DNA from: Guillardia theta CCMP2712
Taxonomy: Eukaryota > Protista > Cryptophyta
Assembly: GCF_000315625.1 (NCBI RefSeq)
Contig: NW_005434661.1
Location: 892,345 to 956,344 of the forward strand
Direction: 5' to 3'
Length of the DNA stretch: 64,000 nucleotides
The translations under genes and the position numbers were made by a program. Below are positions 33,321-44,885 of this stretch, in pieces (position 1 is the stretch's first letter; each line of letters opens with the position of its first letter). The notes below the pieces were generated by a model that was not told the origin of the DNA, made no database searches, and saw only the letters and a list, made by a program, of their open reading frames with translations.

Positions 33321-36242
33321 CCTCTTTTTCGACGAGCTAGCTAAATCTGTATTCAACAACACACTTCTGCTCTTACTCTGAACTTGGTTTGTAACTCACC
33401 TCCTCACTCTCTTGGAACACTTCCCGTGCGTAATTGGTATGCACAGCATCACTTCGGCAAGAGGAAATCCACTTGAACTGATCATGTCATGAACTGCTCC
33501 TTGGTGTCACTTTGTTCCACTGCCGAGATTGACGATCATGATCGCTGCATTCACGCTCAGCGCTTCCAACGATTCTCTGAGGTCGTTGCAGTCAAAGAGG
33601 CAGAAGGAGAGGGGGATGATGAGGTGGAGGAGTGCAGCAGGAGCTCCTTCATACCTATCAGCCTCACTGACTGATGCAAACAACAAGTCCGGCAGGAAGT
33701 CGATTCAGAGATGCGTCCAGACCAACGATGGCAGCACTCAGACCTGCGAAGCATTGCTCGACGACTACATCTCCGAGAGGTTCAAGGACTTGAACAAGGT
33801 TACATGCATCATCTTGTCGTCGAGATGCTGTTCAAAGTCTGCTGACGCTGCCTCCAGGCAGGAGATGCTTGTAACACTCAGACTGACCTCACCCCCAAGG
33901 CACAAAGTAGCGGACCTCCTATCCAAAGTCAACTCAAGTCGATTCTCAAGTGCACAACAGGAGCCCTTGACGAGACTCTGGATGAAGTCGATGCGTTCTT
34001 AGCGTCCTTGGAGAAAGACGTTTCCTCTGTTTCCGACGACGCGTTCTCTGGGGACGTCAGCCTGATCTTGGACGAAAGCTGCGAGATATGCGGGGCCGGC
34101 GGCGACGCAGTCTCGAGCAACTTGTCGAAACCTCCAACAGCGAGCAAGAGAGATGCCGGCGGCTCATCGCACGTCAGGACAAAGTCAAGGTCACCTGCTA
34201 GTATCAAGAAGGAAGGCAGCAAGACTCTGCTCAACTCGACGGTCTCCTCTCGGTGTATACGACGACATGCTTGCATTTCATTTTTAGACTGCACTGAACG
34301 ATGGAGAAGGGGCAAGACTTTTTCGAGCAGCATCTGCCAGAGATCGAAGGTTTGGACTCTCGGAATGTCGCCATGTGCCAGTGAAGGGTGGTTGTAAACA
34401 CAGAAGAAGTTGAAACAAGACACGAAGACTGCTGACAGAAGGCAGAAGAGCGTCAAATGGAATCAGGAGATTGTGAAAGTACTCGAGTACCCTGCTGGGA
34501 CTGATAGGTATGAAGGATGAAACAGAGAGGGGGGGGGGGGAAGGGTTTAAGACAGGAGAAGCAAGTGGTGTAGAGGAGGAGGAAGGGAGGGATGGGAGGG
34601 AGAGGAGGGAGGAGAGTTTGGGGAAGAGGCATTGTGGGTTCATGGAGCAACGCATGGCGGTCAGTTTCAGCCCTTCAAACAAGTCTGTGAGGCAGAGCAG
34701 GCAGAGCTTTATCCGATCCCTCCTGCAAGCTCCCATCAAACGATGCAGCAAGAACGTCATAGAAGAAGCAGAGAAGGGAGAGTCCGACCAAGACTCTGCT
34801 CGCCCTGTATGCATCTTCTCCCGCGTCATAGCTGCTGACAAGTGATCTAGGGCTCAGGCGTCAACAACGCGGAGGACAAGCTGAAGATGCCGAGGAAGAA
34901 CATGCTCAATGCGACAATGAAGATTCCCCTGACCTCCATGAAGCTTCCTTTAGACGACATGGCCGAGGCCACTGCGATGGGGTTGAACGAGGAGGCAGCT
35001 GCAGAGGACCAGGGTATGTCCAGCGAGGTGTATGAGGGCCTCCAACTGACCCCATCGAGCTGCGAGGGAGACGAAAGTTTCTTCTGCTCCAGCAGCAATG
35101 AAAGATCGTTGAACAAACACCTTTCCCAGACCGAGAGGCCGGCCAAGGGCCCGTCGGAGCCGCAGGACCTCACGGGCCTCTGCCTGTGGCTGACTCTCCG
35201 AGCCGCCATGCAGCTCTGAGTCAGTGCAAAAGCGCTAGGAGCCAAGAGAACTCCACTGCTGTTCGGCGTCAGTTACGTTTACTCTTATGTTGAGAATGTA
35301 TCTTCCAAAATCACTCCGAACCTCGCTGCTCATCCGGCCAAGTGGCGGCTCGCGTGCGAACGCTTACTGGCCATCCATGTCCCCAGAATCTTCTCAGCCT
35401 CCAGAACATTCCTCTCGCTGATCGCTCGATCGCGCTCGACACTGAGTTGGGTGCAGGTTCTTTCAAGATGGGCTGATTGCTGTTGGATGAGTTGGAGCTG
35501 CTCTTGGTAGGCATGTTTCGCTTTGGTGCATAACGAAACCATGTTTTCGACATGATTCTCGATGTGTCTGATGATCGGTTCAAGAACAATGTGTAGTTTC
35601 AACTTCTCTTCAACCTGCCCTCCTTGCTTGGCGCTGACGAAGCTATCTGACATCTTGCAGCTGTGATCATCGCAAGGCAAGAGAGAAAGAGTGAGACTTT
35701 CTCCTCGAAGACATGAGGGAGGAGAGAGAATCTGCATGGCCGGGTTGGAGTCCTCCTTAGCACTCATGAACTCCAGCCTCGAAGATTGGCAGGACAGGTG
35801 CAGAGCCGGGAAAGGAGAAGGGGGAGGAGGAGAAGGGAGAGCAGGGCACTGTTCTAGCTCTTCTATCCTCATCTTCGCCTTCTTCAACTCCCTTTGCATC
35901 TTCCTCAACCTCAGCCCGACCAGCAGCCCCCCTGGGCCCGATGCAGGGGCCCGGGCCGGGCCGGGGCCATCGCCGCCGGGAACGGCCGCGGTCGAACGGC
36001 CGGGCCCGGGCCGCGGATCCGGGCGGCGGGCGGTACGTTCCGAAGTTCAGCGCCCGGCGGGCTGGCATCACTGACCGATCGTGGGGCCGAGGCCACGTGT
36101 GACAGCTGCCGTTGAACAGTAACGAAAACATGATTGAACTTGTATTATAAGGCTACTAAACTTCAACAAGACAGGTGAAGATTTTCAAAACTTACCTGTC
36201 TTGTTGTTTCAGCTGTCTTGTTGTTTCACCTATCTTGTTGTT

Positions 36243-39200
36243 TCAAAAACTGAAAATTCTCCGGAGCCGCCTCCACCAGGAGGCTTGCGGTGACAGAGCC
36301 TGCTGCGCACGCTCTGTCACCGCAGGCGAGGCCTCCATCACGACAGCTCCCTTGGCCTCGAAAAGCTGCCTGACATTCTGAGGCAGACCTTCCTGCGCGA
36401 TCTGAGCCCCAAAACACTGCAGAGATCGCTCGAAGGAGCTGCGGTCATGTCGGAGAAGCCAGCAGTTGCCGTCGTCTGCGAGAGACCAGACCCAACAGGA
36501 GTGAGAGTCAGCCGAGGCGAGAGTCTTCCCGTCTCCTCCCATGCTCACGGCTGTAACCTCACGTTCATGACCTGTGAGAACCTGACGGTAGGTGCCTGTC
36601 TCTACGTCCCATACTCGTACGCTCCCGTCCTGGGACCCCGAGGCGAGAGTCTTCCCGTCTCCTCCCATGCTCACGGCTGTAACATCACCTTCGTGACCTG
36701 TGAGGACGTGACGGCAGGTGCCTGTCTCTACGTCCCATACTCGTACGCTCCTGTCCCGGGACCCCGAGGCGAGAGTCTTCCCGTCTCCTCCCATGCTCAC
36801 GGCTGTAACATCACCTTTGTGACCTGTGAGGACGTGACGGCAGGTGCCTGTCTCTACGTCCCATACTCGTACGCTCCTGTCCCAGGACCCCGAGGCGAGA
36901 GTCTTCCCGTCTCCTCCCATGCTCACGGCTGTAACCTCACGTTCATGATCTGTGAGGACGTGACGGCAGGCGCCTGTCTCTACGTCCCATACTCGTACGC
37001 TCCTGTCCCAGGACCCCGAGGCGAGAGTCTTCCCGTCTCCTCCCATGCTCACGGCTGTAACCAAACCTTTGTGACCTGTGAGGACGTGACGGCAGGCGCC
37101 TGTCTCTACGTCCCATACTCGTACGCTCCCGTCCCAGGACCCCGAGGCGAGAGTCTTCCCATCTTCTCCCATGCTCACGCCAGTAACCACACGTTCTTGA
37201 CCTGTGAGAACCTGACGGCAGGCGCCTGTCTCTACGTTCCATACTCGTACGCTCCCGTCCCGGAGCCCCGAGGAGAGGGTCTTCCATAATTGTACGCTCC
37301 AGTCAAGAGTTGTTGTAACAATTGTCTTCACACGGACCTCTTTGATCTCTCCAATAAGCCTTGTCATCACCTGTAGCCTGTGGCCTGTGCTAACGTCTAT
37401 CGATCGTATGTCTCCATATTGAAATGCTGCTATGACAGACGAAAATCGCTCTCCCTCCAGTAAAACAGCAAGTGGACGACCACCTCCTCTACTACTTCCT
37501 CGCATGACTTGTTTGCAGGCGCCTGTCTCTACGTCCCATACTCGTACGCTCCTGTCCCAGGACCCCGAGGCGAGAGTCTTCCCGTCTCCTCCCATGCTCA
37601 CGGCTGTAACATCACCTTCGTGACCTGTGAGAACCTGACGGCAGGCGCCTGTCTCTACGTCCCATACTCGTACGCTCCTGTCCCCGGACCCCGAGGCGAG
37701 AGTCTTCCCGTCTCCTCCCATGCTCACGGCTGTAACCTCACGTTCGTGACCTGTGAGAACCTGACGGCAGGTGCCTGTCTCTACGTCCCATACTCGTACG
37801 CTCCTGTCCCCGGACCCCGAGGCGAGAGTCTTCCCGTCTCCTCCCATGCTCACGGCTGTAACCTCACGTTCATGATCTGTGAGGACGTGACGGCAGGTGC
37901 CTGTCTCTACGTCCCATACTCGTACGCTCCCGTCCCCGGACCCCGAGGCGAGAGTCTTCCCGTCTCCTCCCATGCTCACGGCTGTAACCTCACGTTCATG
38001 ACCTGTGAGAACCTGACGGCAGGCGCCTGTCTCTACGTCCCATACTCGTACGCTCCCGTCCCAGGACCCCGAGGCGAGAGTCTTCCCGTCTCCTCCCATG
38101 CTCACGGCTGTAACCTCACCTTCGTGACCTGTGAGGACGTGACGGCAGGCGCCTGTCTCTACGTCCCATACTCGTACGCTCCCGTCCCGGGACCCCGAGG
38201 CGAGAGTCTTCCCGTCCAATGCGAAGCTCAATTTCGATTGATTCATTTCAGCAATACTCGGGTAGCACCTCTCCCCAAAGTACGCTCCGTCCAGCTTCGC
38301 CTCATCCAGTCTCGCCTCCACAAAGTAACAGTGGCTCAGGTTCGCCCTCGATAGGTCCGCCCCCTCCAGCCTCGTCCGATGAAAGATCCCGTTGCGCAGC
38401 ACTGCTCCTTCCATCCGCGCCCCCCTCAGGTCCAGCCCTGACAAGCTCTCTCCTGCTGCTACCAGGATCGACGCCGCGTTGGCCGACGCCCTTGCCCATC
38501 CCTCGTCCGCCTCGTCCCTCGATGCCTGCACCACCTCCACCAGCCTCTTCCTGTACCTCCCGTCCCCTCCCACGGCTGCCGCGTGCTCCCGGATCGTCTC
38601 GGCGTCCTCGCTCAAGCTTCGCACACTCAGGCTCTCCGGCAGTCCCTGGCTCCAGCGTGTGTCTTGGGGTAACTTGAGCCAGTCCAGCGTCGTCTCTGCC
38701 AGGAAGAAGCTCCGGAACGTGTCGTGCTCGAAGCTGATCTCCTTCCACTCCTCTATCCCTTGAATCACCCGCCTCTGTCGTGTCAGACAGCCTCCCAGCA
38801 CGTAGTCCCACACCGCTCCTCCTCCTCCTGACCACAAGCCGCGGCCCGCCAGAAGCGCCTCTCCGCGTCTGAGCTTGATGCTGGCAGTGTTGTCCCGGAG
38901 CATCCGCAGCCCCACTGCCTTCCCTACCTCCAGATACGTTTGTTGCCAGCTCTCGTCGTCAATGCCTGCCTCTTGCCTCTGCTCTGCCAGCTCATGTTTG
39001 TCCTTGAGCTTGAGCCACTCTCGCTGCATCCGCTCCTCTACAAATCTTCTGTACATCTCATGCCGTGTGATCCTGTACCGCGGATCTTGCCTCCTCCGCT
39101 CCACCAGGCCTGGTAGTACACACAGAGCTACCTTGAGGCTCAGCGGCGTCGTCACTAGGTCCTCCAGCTCCGGCGTCATCTCCAGCGCCTCCTCGTACTG

Positions 39201-40541
39201 CTGCTGGCTCCACCCGCCTCCCGTCCCCGCCTTCGACACATGGTGCATGATGTATCGCCTCACCCGGCCCTTGTCCGATAGCCTCATCGGACACAGCCAC
39301 GTCGCTTGAAAGCTATCCCTCCCTCCCACCACCGGCAGCCAGAACAGGCGCTCCGACGACCCGTCGCTCTTGAGGTAGTCGCTGCGGCACGTGATGATCG
39401 CCTTGAAGCCGTTGCAGTCATGCAGCTCCTTGTACACCTGCTCGATCACGTTGTTTCGCGTCCCAAGCTCATCGTACCCGTCCAACACCACCATAAAAGA
39501 CTTGGTCCTCACGAAGCGCTTGAAGGCTTCCGTCGTCAGCTCTTGGTCTGCCATAGCGTCCTGCAGGTACTGCTGTACGCGTACCTCCTGTACGCTCTTG
39601 TACCTCGCAAGCTCTAGATATACCGGATACGGCATCCCTTCCTTCCACTCCTCCCCCAGCTTGATCGCCCATCTCTTCCCCAGCGTTGACTTACCCGTCC
39701 CGGCTTTGCCCTGGATGAGCAGGACCTGCTTGGTGGGGTCCTGCAAGAAGTCCTCGACCAGCTTGTCTGACCCGATCCTCCAGCCGACGCTGACGGCCTC
39801 GGGATCTCTGTCCGTGCAGTCTGTCACCATGTAGCCCTCCAGCGCGTCCTCGAGCCTGAAATCGCTCGCAAGGGCCCTCTTGATCACTGCGCGCATCTGC
39901 CCCGGCAGAGCGTTTAGCCTGCACTGTCCGCTCTTCTCCCAAGGCACCTCTCCTGTCTCCGGGTCCAACCTCGCCCCAAACCTGTACCGCTCGCTGTAGC
40001 ACCAGGCGTTGATGATCATGTTGGCCTTGCGAGGCGCGTAGGGTCTAGACTGGGAGCTGACAGGGTGGATGGAGACTTGGGTGCGCTGCTCGAGCTTCTT
40101 GATGGCCTCGTAGTCTTCGATGAAGAAGTTCATCGGTTCATAGCTGTCCTCCGTGTTCACAGCCGTCACCAGCGACCCGGCTTCGTCCCCATGTGTCCCC
40201 GTGTTAACATGGATGGCTTGTCCGTGCCTGACCATGGCGTCGATGATCTCCTTCACGTCCTTGTGGTTTATCTCGTCGATGCTTTCCCAGACGATCTGCG
40301 CCGTCGGAAGTCTCTGCGCGACGAAAAGCTTCCTCCTAGACTCTCGGAGGACGAAGCGACCTGGCGAAATCTGGTCGAGGCCGAGGTCGCCAGCCTCGGT
40401 CTGTAGGTCGTAGAAGCGCCCAGGCACGAGAGAGTCAGCGTTCACGAGTGCGCGAGGAGCAGACGGGGCATGTCGGGGTCGCTTGCTGCTCTCAGCCGTC
40501 TGCTTGACTCGCACATCCCCTTCGCTGCACCTCTTCGCCAT
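36243..40541 (-). CDS. NLR-like STAND protein: N-terminal putative caspase-like domain, NACHT NTPase, pentapeptide repeats, ~13 near-identical WD40 repeats
   Basis: Intronless ORF of ~1430 aa (ATG at 40541); GKAGTGKS, VVLDGYDE, IITCR, TPLSL, FEHDTFRSFF; LRGARMEGA...LEGADLSRANL; GH...LASGS.D.SVRVWD repeats. Confidence 0.92.
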   Translation of the reverse strand: MAKRCSEGDVRVKQTAESSKRPRHAPSAPRALVNADSLVPGRFYDLQTEAGDLGLDQISPGRFVLRESRRKLFVAQRLPTAQIVWESIDEINHKDVKEIIDAMVRHGQAIHVNTGTHGDEAGSLVTAVNTEDSYEPMNFFIEDYEAIKKLEQRTQVSIHPVSSQSRPYAPRKANMIINAWCYSERYRFGARLDPETGEVPWEKSGQCRLNALPGQMRAVIKRALASDFRLEDALEGYMVTDCTDRDPEAVSVGWRIGSDKLVEDFLQDPTKQVLLIQGKAGTGKSTLGKRWAIKLGEEWKEGMPYPVYLELARYKSVQEVRVQQYLQDAMADQELTTEAFKRFVRTKSFMVVLDGYDELGTRNNVIEQVYKELHDCNGFKAIITCRSDYLKSDGSSERLFWLPVVGGRDSFQATWLCPMRLSDKGRVRRYIMHHVSKAGTGGGWSQQQYEEALEMTPELEDLVTTPLSLKVALCVLPGLVERRRQDPRYRITRHEMYRRFVEERMQREWLKLKDKHELAEQRQEAGIDDESWQQTYLEVGKAVGLRMLRDNTASIKLRRGEALLAGRGLWSGGGGAVWDYVLGGCLTRQRRVIQGIEEWKEISFEHDTFRSFFLAETTLDWLKLPQDTRWSQGLPESLSVRSLSEDAETIREHAAAVGGDGRYRKRLVEVVQASRDEADEGWARASANAASILVAAGESLSGLDLRGARMEGAVLRNGIFHRTRLEGADLSRANLSHCYFVEARLDEAKLDGAYFGERCYPSIAEMNQSKLSFALDGKTLASGSRDGSVRVWDVETGACRHVLTGHEGEVTAVSMGGDGKTLASGSWDGSVRVWDVETGACRQVLTGHEREVTAVSMGGDGKTLASGSGDGSVRVWDVETGTCRHVLTDHEREVTAVSMGGDGKTLASGSGDRSVRVWDVETGTCRQVLTGHEREVTAVSMGGDGKTLASGSGDRSVRVWDVETGACRQVLTGHEGDVTAVSMGGDGKTLASGSWDRSVRVWDVETGACKQVMRGSSRGGGRPLAVLLEGERFSSVIAAFQYGDIRSIDVSTGHRLQVMTRLIGEIKEVRVKTIVTTTLDWSVQLWKTLSSGLRDGSVRVWNVETGACRQVLTGQERVVTGVSMGEDGKTLASGSWDGSVRVWDVETGACRHVLTGHKGLVTAVSMGGDGKTLASGSWDRSVRVWDVETGACRHVLTDHEREVTAVSMGGDGKTLASGSWDRSVRVWDVETGTCRHVLTGHKGDVTAVSMGGDGKTLASGSRDRSVRVWDVETGTCRHVLTGHEGDVTAVSMGGDGKTLASGSQDGSVRVWDVETGTYRQVLTGHEREVTAVSMGGDGKTLASADSHSCWVWSLADDGNCWLLRHDRSSFERSLQCFGAQIAQEGLPQNVRQLFEAKGAVVMEASPAVTERAQQALSPQASWWRRLRRIFSF
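36480..38217 (-). repeat. 126-bp WD40-coding tandem repeats in two blocks
   Basis: Near-identical units at ~36480-37285 and ~37515-38217 separated by a divergent spacer. Confidence 0.95.
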
Positions 40542-40683
40542 TGGTATAGCTAACCCCAGAAACCTTACAGCCACTACCCCTGCTCCAATAATCGAGTGCA
40601 GGGGTCATCAGTACAATCTTTTAAAAACCACATTTTAATGGTCGTGGAGACGATGGTGTACTATCGCAGTGTCGTGACCCAGC

Positions 40684-43365
40684 TTGTGCGCGCGCACACG
40701 ACAAGTCGAGAGTGTCGAACGGCATGCTCCCAGGCGAGATGTACGAGATGAGGAGGTTTGTGTGCTGACGCATTTGTTCTCATCGCAGCCGAAAGTACAA
40801 GACACGTACGAGAGATCCTCCATCGAGGCCTGGCTCCAGCTCGGCGGCGTCCTACCAGCCCCCTCACTGGCGCCTGCCTCCCCTCCACGCACCTTGTCTC
40901 TAACTTCGCTCTCCGCAGCGCTATCCAAGAGTGGCAGGAGCAACACCTTCTATTCGTCCCCAGACATGAAGTCGACATTGACCAGCAGCCTATCTCAGCA
41001 GGCTCCTTCAAGACCCTCTACATAGGTCACCTCCGCAGGCGAGGGCGAGGAGCGGAGCCGGAAAGGCTCAAGGTCGCGGTGCTCAAGCTGAGGCAAGGCG
41101 GCGGCAAGAGAGAAGCCGGTGTGATGCTAAGGCTCGGGCCGCATCCTCGGCTTGTATGCTACATGGGGCAGAGCGAGGACGCCGAGGGCTGCCGCCTGCT
41201 GCTGACAGAGTACGCCAAGCTGGGGTCGTTGAGGCGGGCTTTACTGGGGACGCTGGCGGGCCAGGTGACGCGAGGGCACCAGATGTCGATGATGCAGCAG
41301 ATCGCACAGGGCATGCTCGCAGCAAGGCACGTGCTGGTCATGGGCTTCGACAAGGAGGACGTGGGGAGGACGTCGGTTAAGGTTGCAGGCTTCGGGCGTG
41401 CAATAGACCTTGCGGACGATACTGACGCTACAGTAGCGGGGCGAGGGCTGCCCGTACGCTATATGCCCCCGGAGTCCATGAAGAAAGGCCGGTGCTCGGA
41501 GAAGAGCGACGTGTGGGCCTTCGGGGTGACGTGCTGGGAGATCATGACCTTGGGCAAGACCCCCTACTACAACATGACGGACGAAACTGTAATCCGGTAC
41601 GTGTGCGGGCGAGGGAGGCTGCCCCGAGAGGACATACTCGGAAGATGTCCGGACGAGGTATGGGCCCTGATAGAGAGCTGCTGGTCGATTTGGGAAGAGG
41701 ATCGCCCGACGTTCGCAGAGCTTTCGGTAGCTTTAGGAAGAGCCGGAGCGGAGGGGCTTGAGAGGACAGCATGGAGGTGGTCAAGCAAGACGCTTGGGCT
41801 GCAGGATGCACGGAGCGGCAGCCAGCCACTATGCCGAAGAATATGCAGTGTAGCAGAAGCTGCATGGAGAAGCATCGGGGAGGCAGCGGGCGGAGGGATC
41901 GAGTCGATGGCGACGAGACTGAAGAAGCGCAAGTACCGAGAGCTTGCGGGACAAGAGTCAGCATGCGATGCTTTGGAAGGCATGACGAATGCCGCCCGTG
42001 ACCCGCCGAGCACGGGAGCTAAGAGGCTACGGGTCGGGGCGCCGGCAGCGGTTGAGGTGGGATGCAGCAGCCGGCAAGGGAGGCATGGAAGCAGCTGTGG
42101 ACAGGAGCTGAAAACAGCATAGAGGCGGTAGTGCAGGAGATAAGGACGTACGAGGTACTCGCGGAGGTACAGCAAGCTGCGTGCGAAGCCTTGGTCAGCA
42201 TGGCTCAGAGCGTTGAAGACTACAAGCGCAAGGCGAGCGAGGCGGGAGCGATCGAGGCTGTCGTCAGCGCCATGTCCAGGCACCCAGATGACACAGGGGT
42301 ACAGCAGGCTGCGTGCGAGGCCCTGGAGGACATTGTCTCGTTGGTCGATGAGAACCAGGTGCGCGCGAGAGAGGCGGGAGCGATCGAGGCTGCCGTCAGT
42401 GCCATGTCCAGGCACGCGGACGATGCGCTGGTACAGCAGGCTGCGTGCGGGGCTCTGTCCTACATGTTGAGTTTCATGGATGAGAACCAGGTGCGCGCGC
42501 GAGCGGCGGGAGCGATCGCTTCTGTCATTAGAGTCCTCGATATCCACGCAGACAATGTGCAGGTGCAGCTTGAAGGATTCTGGGCCCTCGAATACATCTT
42601 GCAATACTTCCGATATCAGGGCACAGCGAGTGATACAGCAGCAATCGACGCTATAGTCAGCGCGATGACCAGACACCAGAGCAACGCGGAGATGCAAAAA
42701 AGCTTTTGCAAGGTGCTAAATGAAATAACCAAGAACAACAAAGAGAACAGGCTCCCGGTCACCCAGGCGGGAGCGATCGAGGCCGTCGTCAGCGCCATGA
42801 CCGGGAGCTCAAACGACGACGTACAGCAGGCAGCATGCGACGCGCTGCACAGCATTGTCAGCGGCATGGCAGCCAGCCAGGTGCGCGCACGAGAGGCGGG
42901 AGCGATCGAGGCCGTCGTCAGCGCCATGACCGGAAGCTCGGACGTGCGCCGGGGTGGGTACAGCGGGCAGCATGCGAGGCGCTTCACAGCATTGTCAGCG
43001 GCATGATGGCAGCCAGCCAGGTGCGCGCGCGAGAGGCGGGAGCGATCGAGGCCGTCGTCAGCGCCATGACCGGGAGCTCGAACGACGATGTACAGCAGGC
43101 AGCATGCGACGCGCTGCACAGCATTGTCAGCGGCATGGCAGCCAGCCAGGTGCGCGCACGAGAGGCGGGAGCGATCGAGGCCGTCGTCAGCGCGATGAAA
43201 AGGAATAGGCACCGCACTTGGTTGCAGGACAGCCTTATGGAGGCGTTGGGAGCAGCCTTGCGAGCAACAACTCGAGCAACATCCAACACATCCGATCGCT
43301 CGGAGCCGATGTCTTTGCTGACAAGGTCTTCGACTCGCGTGGCTCTGAAGCAAGCCGACGGCTGA
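40684..43365 (+). pseudogene. U-box + tyrosine-kinase-like domain + armadillo repeats, frameshifted
   Basis: TYERSSIEAWL / TSPLTG...NFALRSAIQEW (U-box split across frames); AGSFKTLY, VAVLKL, LAARHVLV, PVRYMPPE, KSDVWAFGV; repeated AGAIEAVVSAM...VQQAAC.AL; HRD segment missing, DFG reads GFG. Confidence 0.85.
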
Positions 43366-44552
43366 GGTCTGTGCTTGAGCGACAAGATTCCGACGCAGCA
43401 ATGGAAGGGAAGATGAGAAGCTGAGGACCGACGGAGGAAGGAGCCTCAGAAATCGAACAACCCTACCTGGATGGATGGGTGGTCAAATCTCGGGATAAGT
43501 TCTTCTGTAAGGCGACTCTGTGATGAGAGTTACAGGGTGAAGCGTCTCATCAGGTGGCTGAGCTCAGTGGCAGGAGGGAGATGAGAGCTGATATCAACCG
43601 AGCCCGAATAAAGGACAGTTGGCTGTTTTGTACTCATGTTCGAAGCTGACTTCTCTTGGAAAACCCAGGATACTCTACTCCAGTGTGAATCTACTGAATA
43701 GGACCCCTCTGGATCCTCTTTGTTTCAGGAACAGTGTACCCGTGGGGTCTTTTACATGCTGAAGAACAGGGGTGATCCTTGTGGAATACAAAACATCTAA
43801 GTAGAGAAACTTGTCAACTTCCAAGGAGAGGACACTCCTACTTCCTTCAGCCAAGAGACAGTACCTCTGTCTGCTTCTTCGAAGCTAATAGGACCAGGTG
43901 GCCCATCTTCCCCTTTCATGTGTACACCACGTCCGTTTGTGCCACACCTGTTTGTTGGCTTGCTTTGTATCGTGTGTCAGAATAAAGAGAGTTAGATCTC
44001 CTTCTGTCACAGATTTCCTCTTTTTAAAGAAAATCCAGCGCAAGTTCTTGTTCAGCCACGCTCAAAGGTCATCCCGTAAAGTCTCGCGGTGTGACAAAGG
44101 TTGGGGTCTTGAAGTTAAGTGAGGACATAGGATCGACGGACCTGGATTGATGCGTGAAGCATTTACCTTTCACTTGAAATGATTTATTGTCCTTCAAATG
44201 ATTTATTGAAATGTAAAACCGTGCTTTGATGCGCTCTTTGAATTGAAATCACGTTTCATGTGATTCACGAGGACGATATCGACAGCAACAATGATGTGAC
44301 TGTCAGGCCCTGGCCCTGCGGAGAGTGATTCTAGTAAGCATCAGAATGATCGGGCCTCAGACCTCTCAAGGACCCTCGCGAGGACTTCAAGGACTGCCAC
44401 TTCGTCTCCTTGGTCCACAACGGCACACAGACCCTACCTGGTCTGTCGAGGTGGATTGAATGGGTCTGCCTCGCTCCGAGCTGACAGCCGACATCTTCGT
44501 CCCAAGAGGCAAATAAGGCAAGGAAGTCCGAGCGCGAGAAGGTTGGCTGTGC

Positions 44553-44705
44553 GACTTGTTCCGTAGATCTCGGAATCCTTCGTTCACTGGTCTGAGCCTT
44601 ACGCGATTTTCTCACTTTCAATACTGATAGTTTGCTTGCTTTCTTTGCTGAAATCATCCTTTGGGATTCTGAATCAGTGCTGGAATGTGAACCAATTCGC
44701 TACCA
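44553..44705 (-). pseudogene. gag: PBS and first ~35 codons of family A gag
   Basis: MISAKKASKLSVLKVRKSRKAQTSERRIPRSTEQV matches the 20755 ORF, then homology stops at 44553. Confidence 0.9.
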
Positions 44706-44707
44706 TA

Positions 44708-44878
44708 TGTTGTATACACAACCTTGCGTAAGACGTTGAGCTCAGATGATCTTAGGATCTCTGTTTATTAAGCACACACACTCATCAGATCAGCAGCACC
44801 ACTGCAGGAATCTGCATCGTCATCCTATTTCCCTACGCTACGTCCAAGGGGCGTCCGGTATGAGTCCAGAATACAACA
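44708..44878 (-). repeat. 171-bp 5' LTR (family A)
   Basis: Matches 27694-27864; followed on the minus strand by ta-tggtagcg. Confidence 0.95.
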
Positions 44879-44885
44879 CCATCAC

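Larger units (their letters stand above)
32922..35908 (-). pseudogene. Fragmented or intron-containing host-like low-complexity/coiled-coil gene(s)
   Basis: Minus-strand ORF pieces (35330-35908 coiled coil, 34847-35245, 34284-34841) and an acidic repeat tail; no family recognised. Confidence 0.3.
27694..44878 (-). mobile_element. Ty3/Gypsy chromovirus family A, copy 2: 17.2-kb composite with internal cargo; TSD CCATC
   Basis: Matching LTRs at 44708-44878 (followed by PBS and gag start) and 27694-27864 (preceded by pol); CCATC at 27689-27693 and 44879-44883. Confidence 0.8.

Noticed and set aside
36447-38354. Plus-strand 280-aa repeat ORFs
   Set aside because: Antisense shadows of the WD40 repeats
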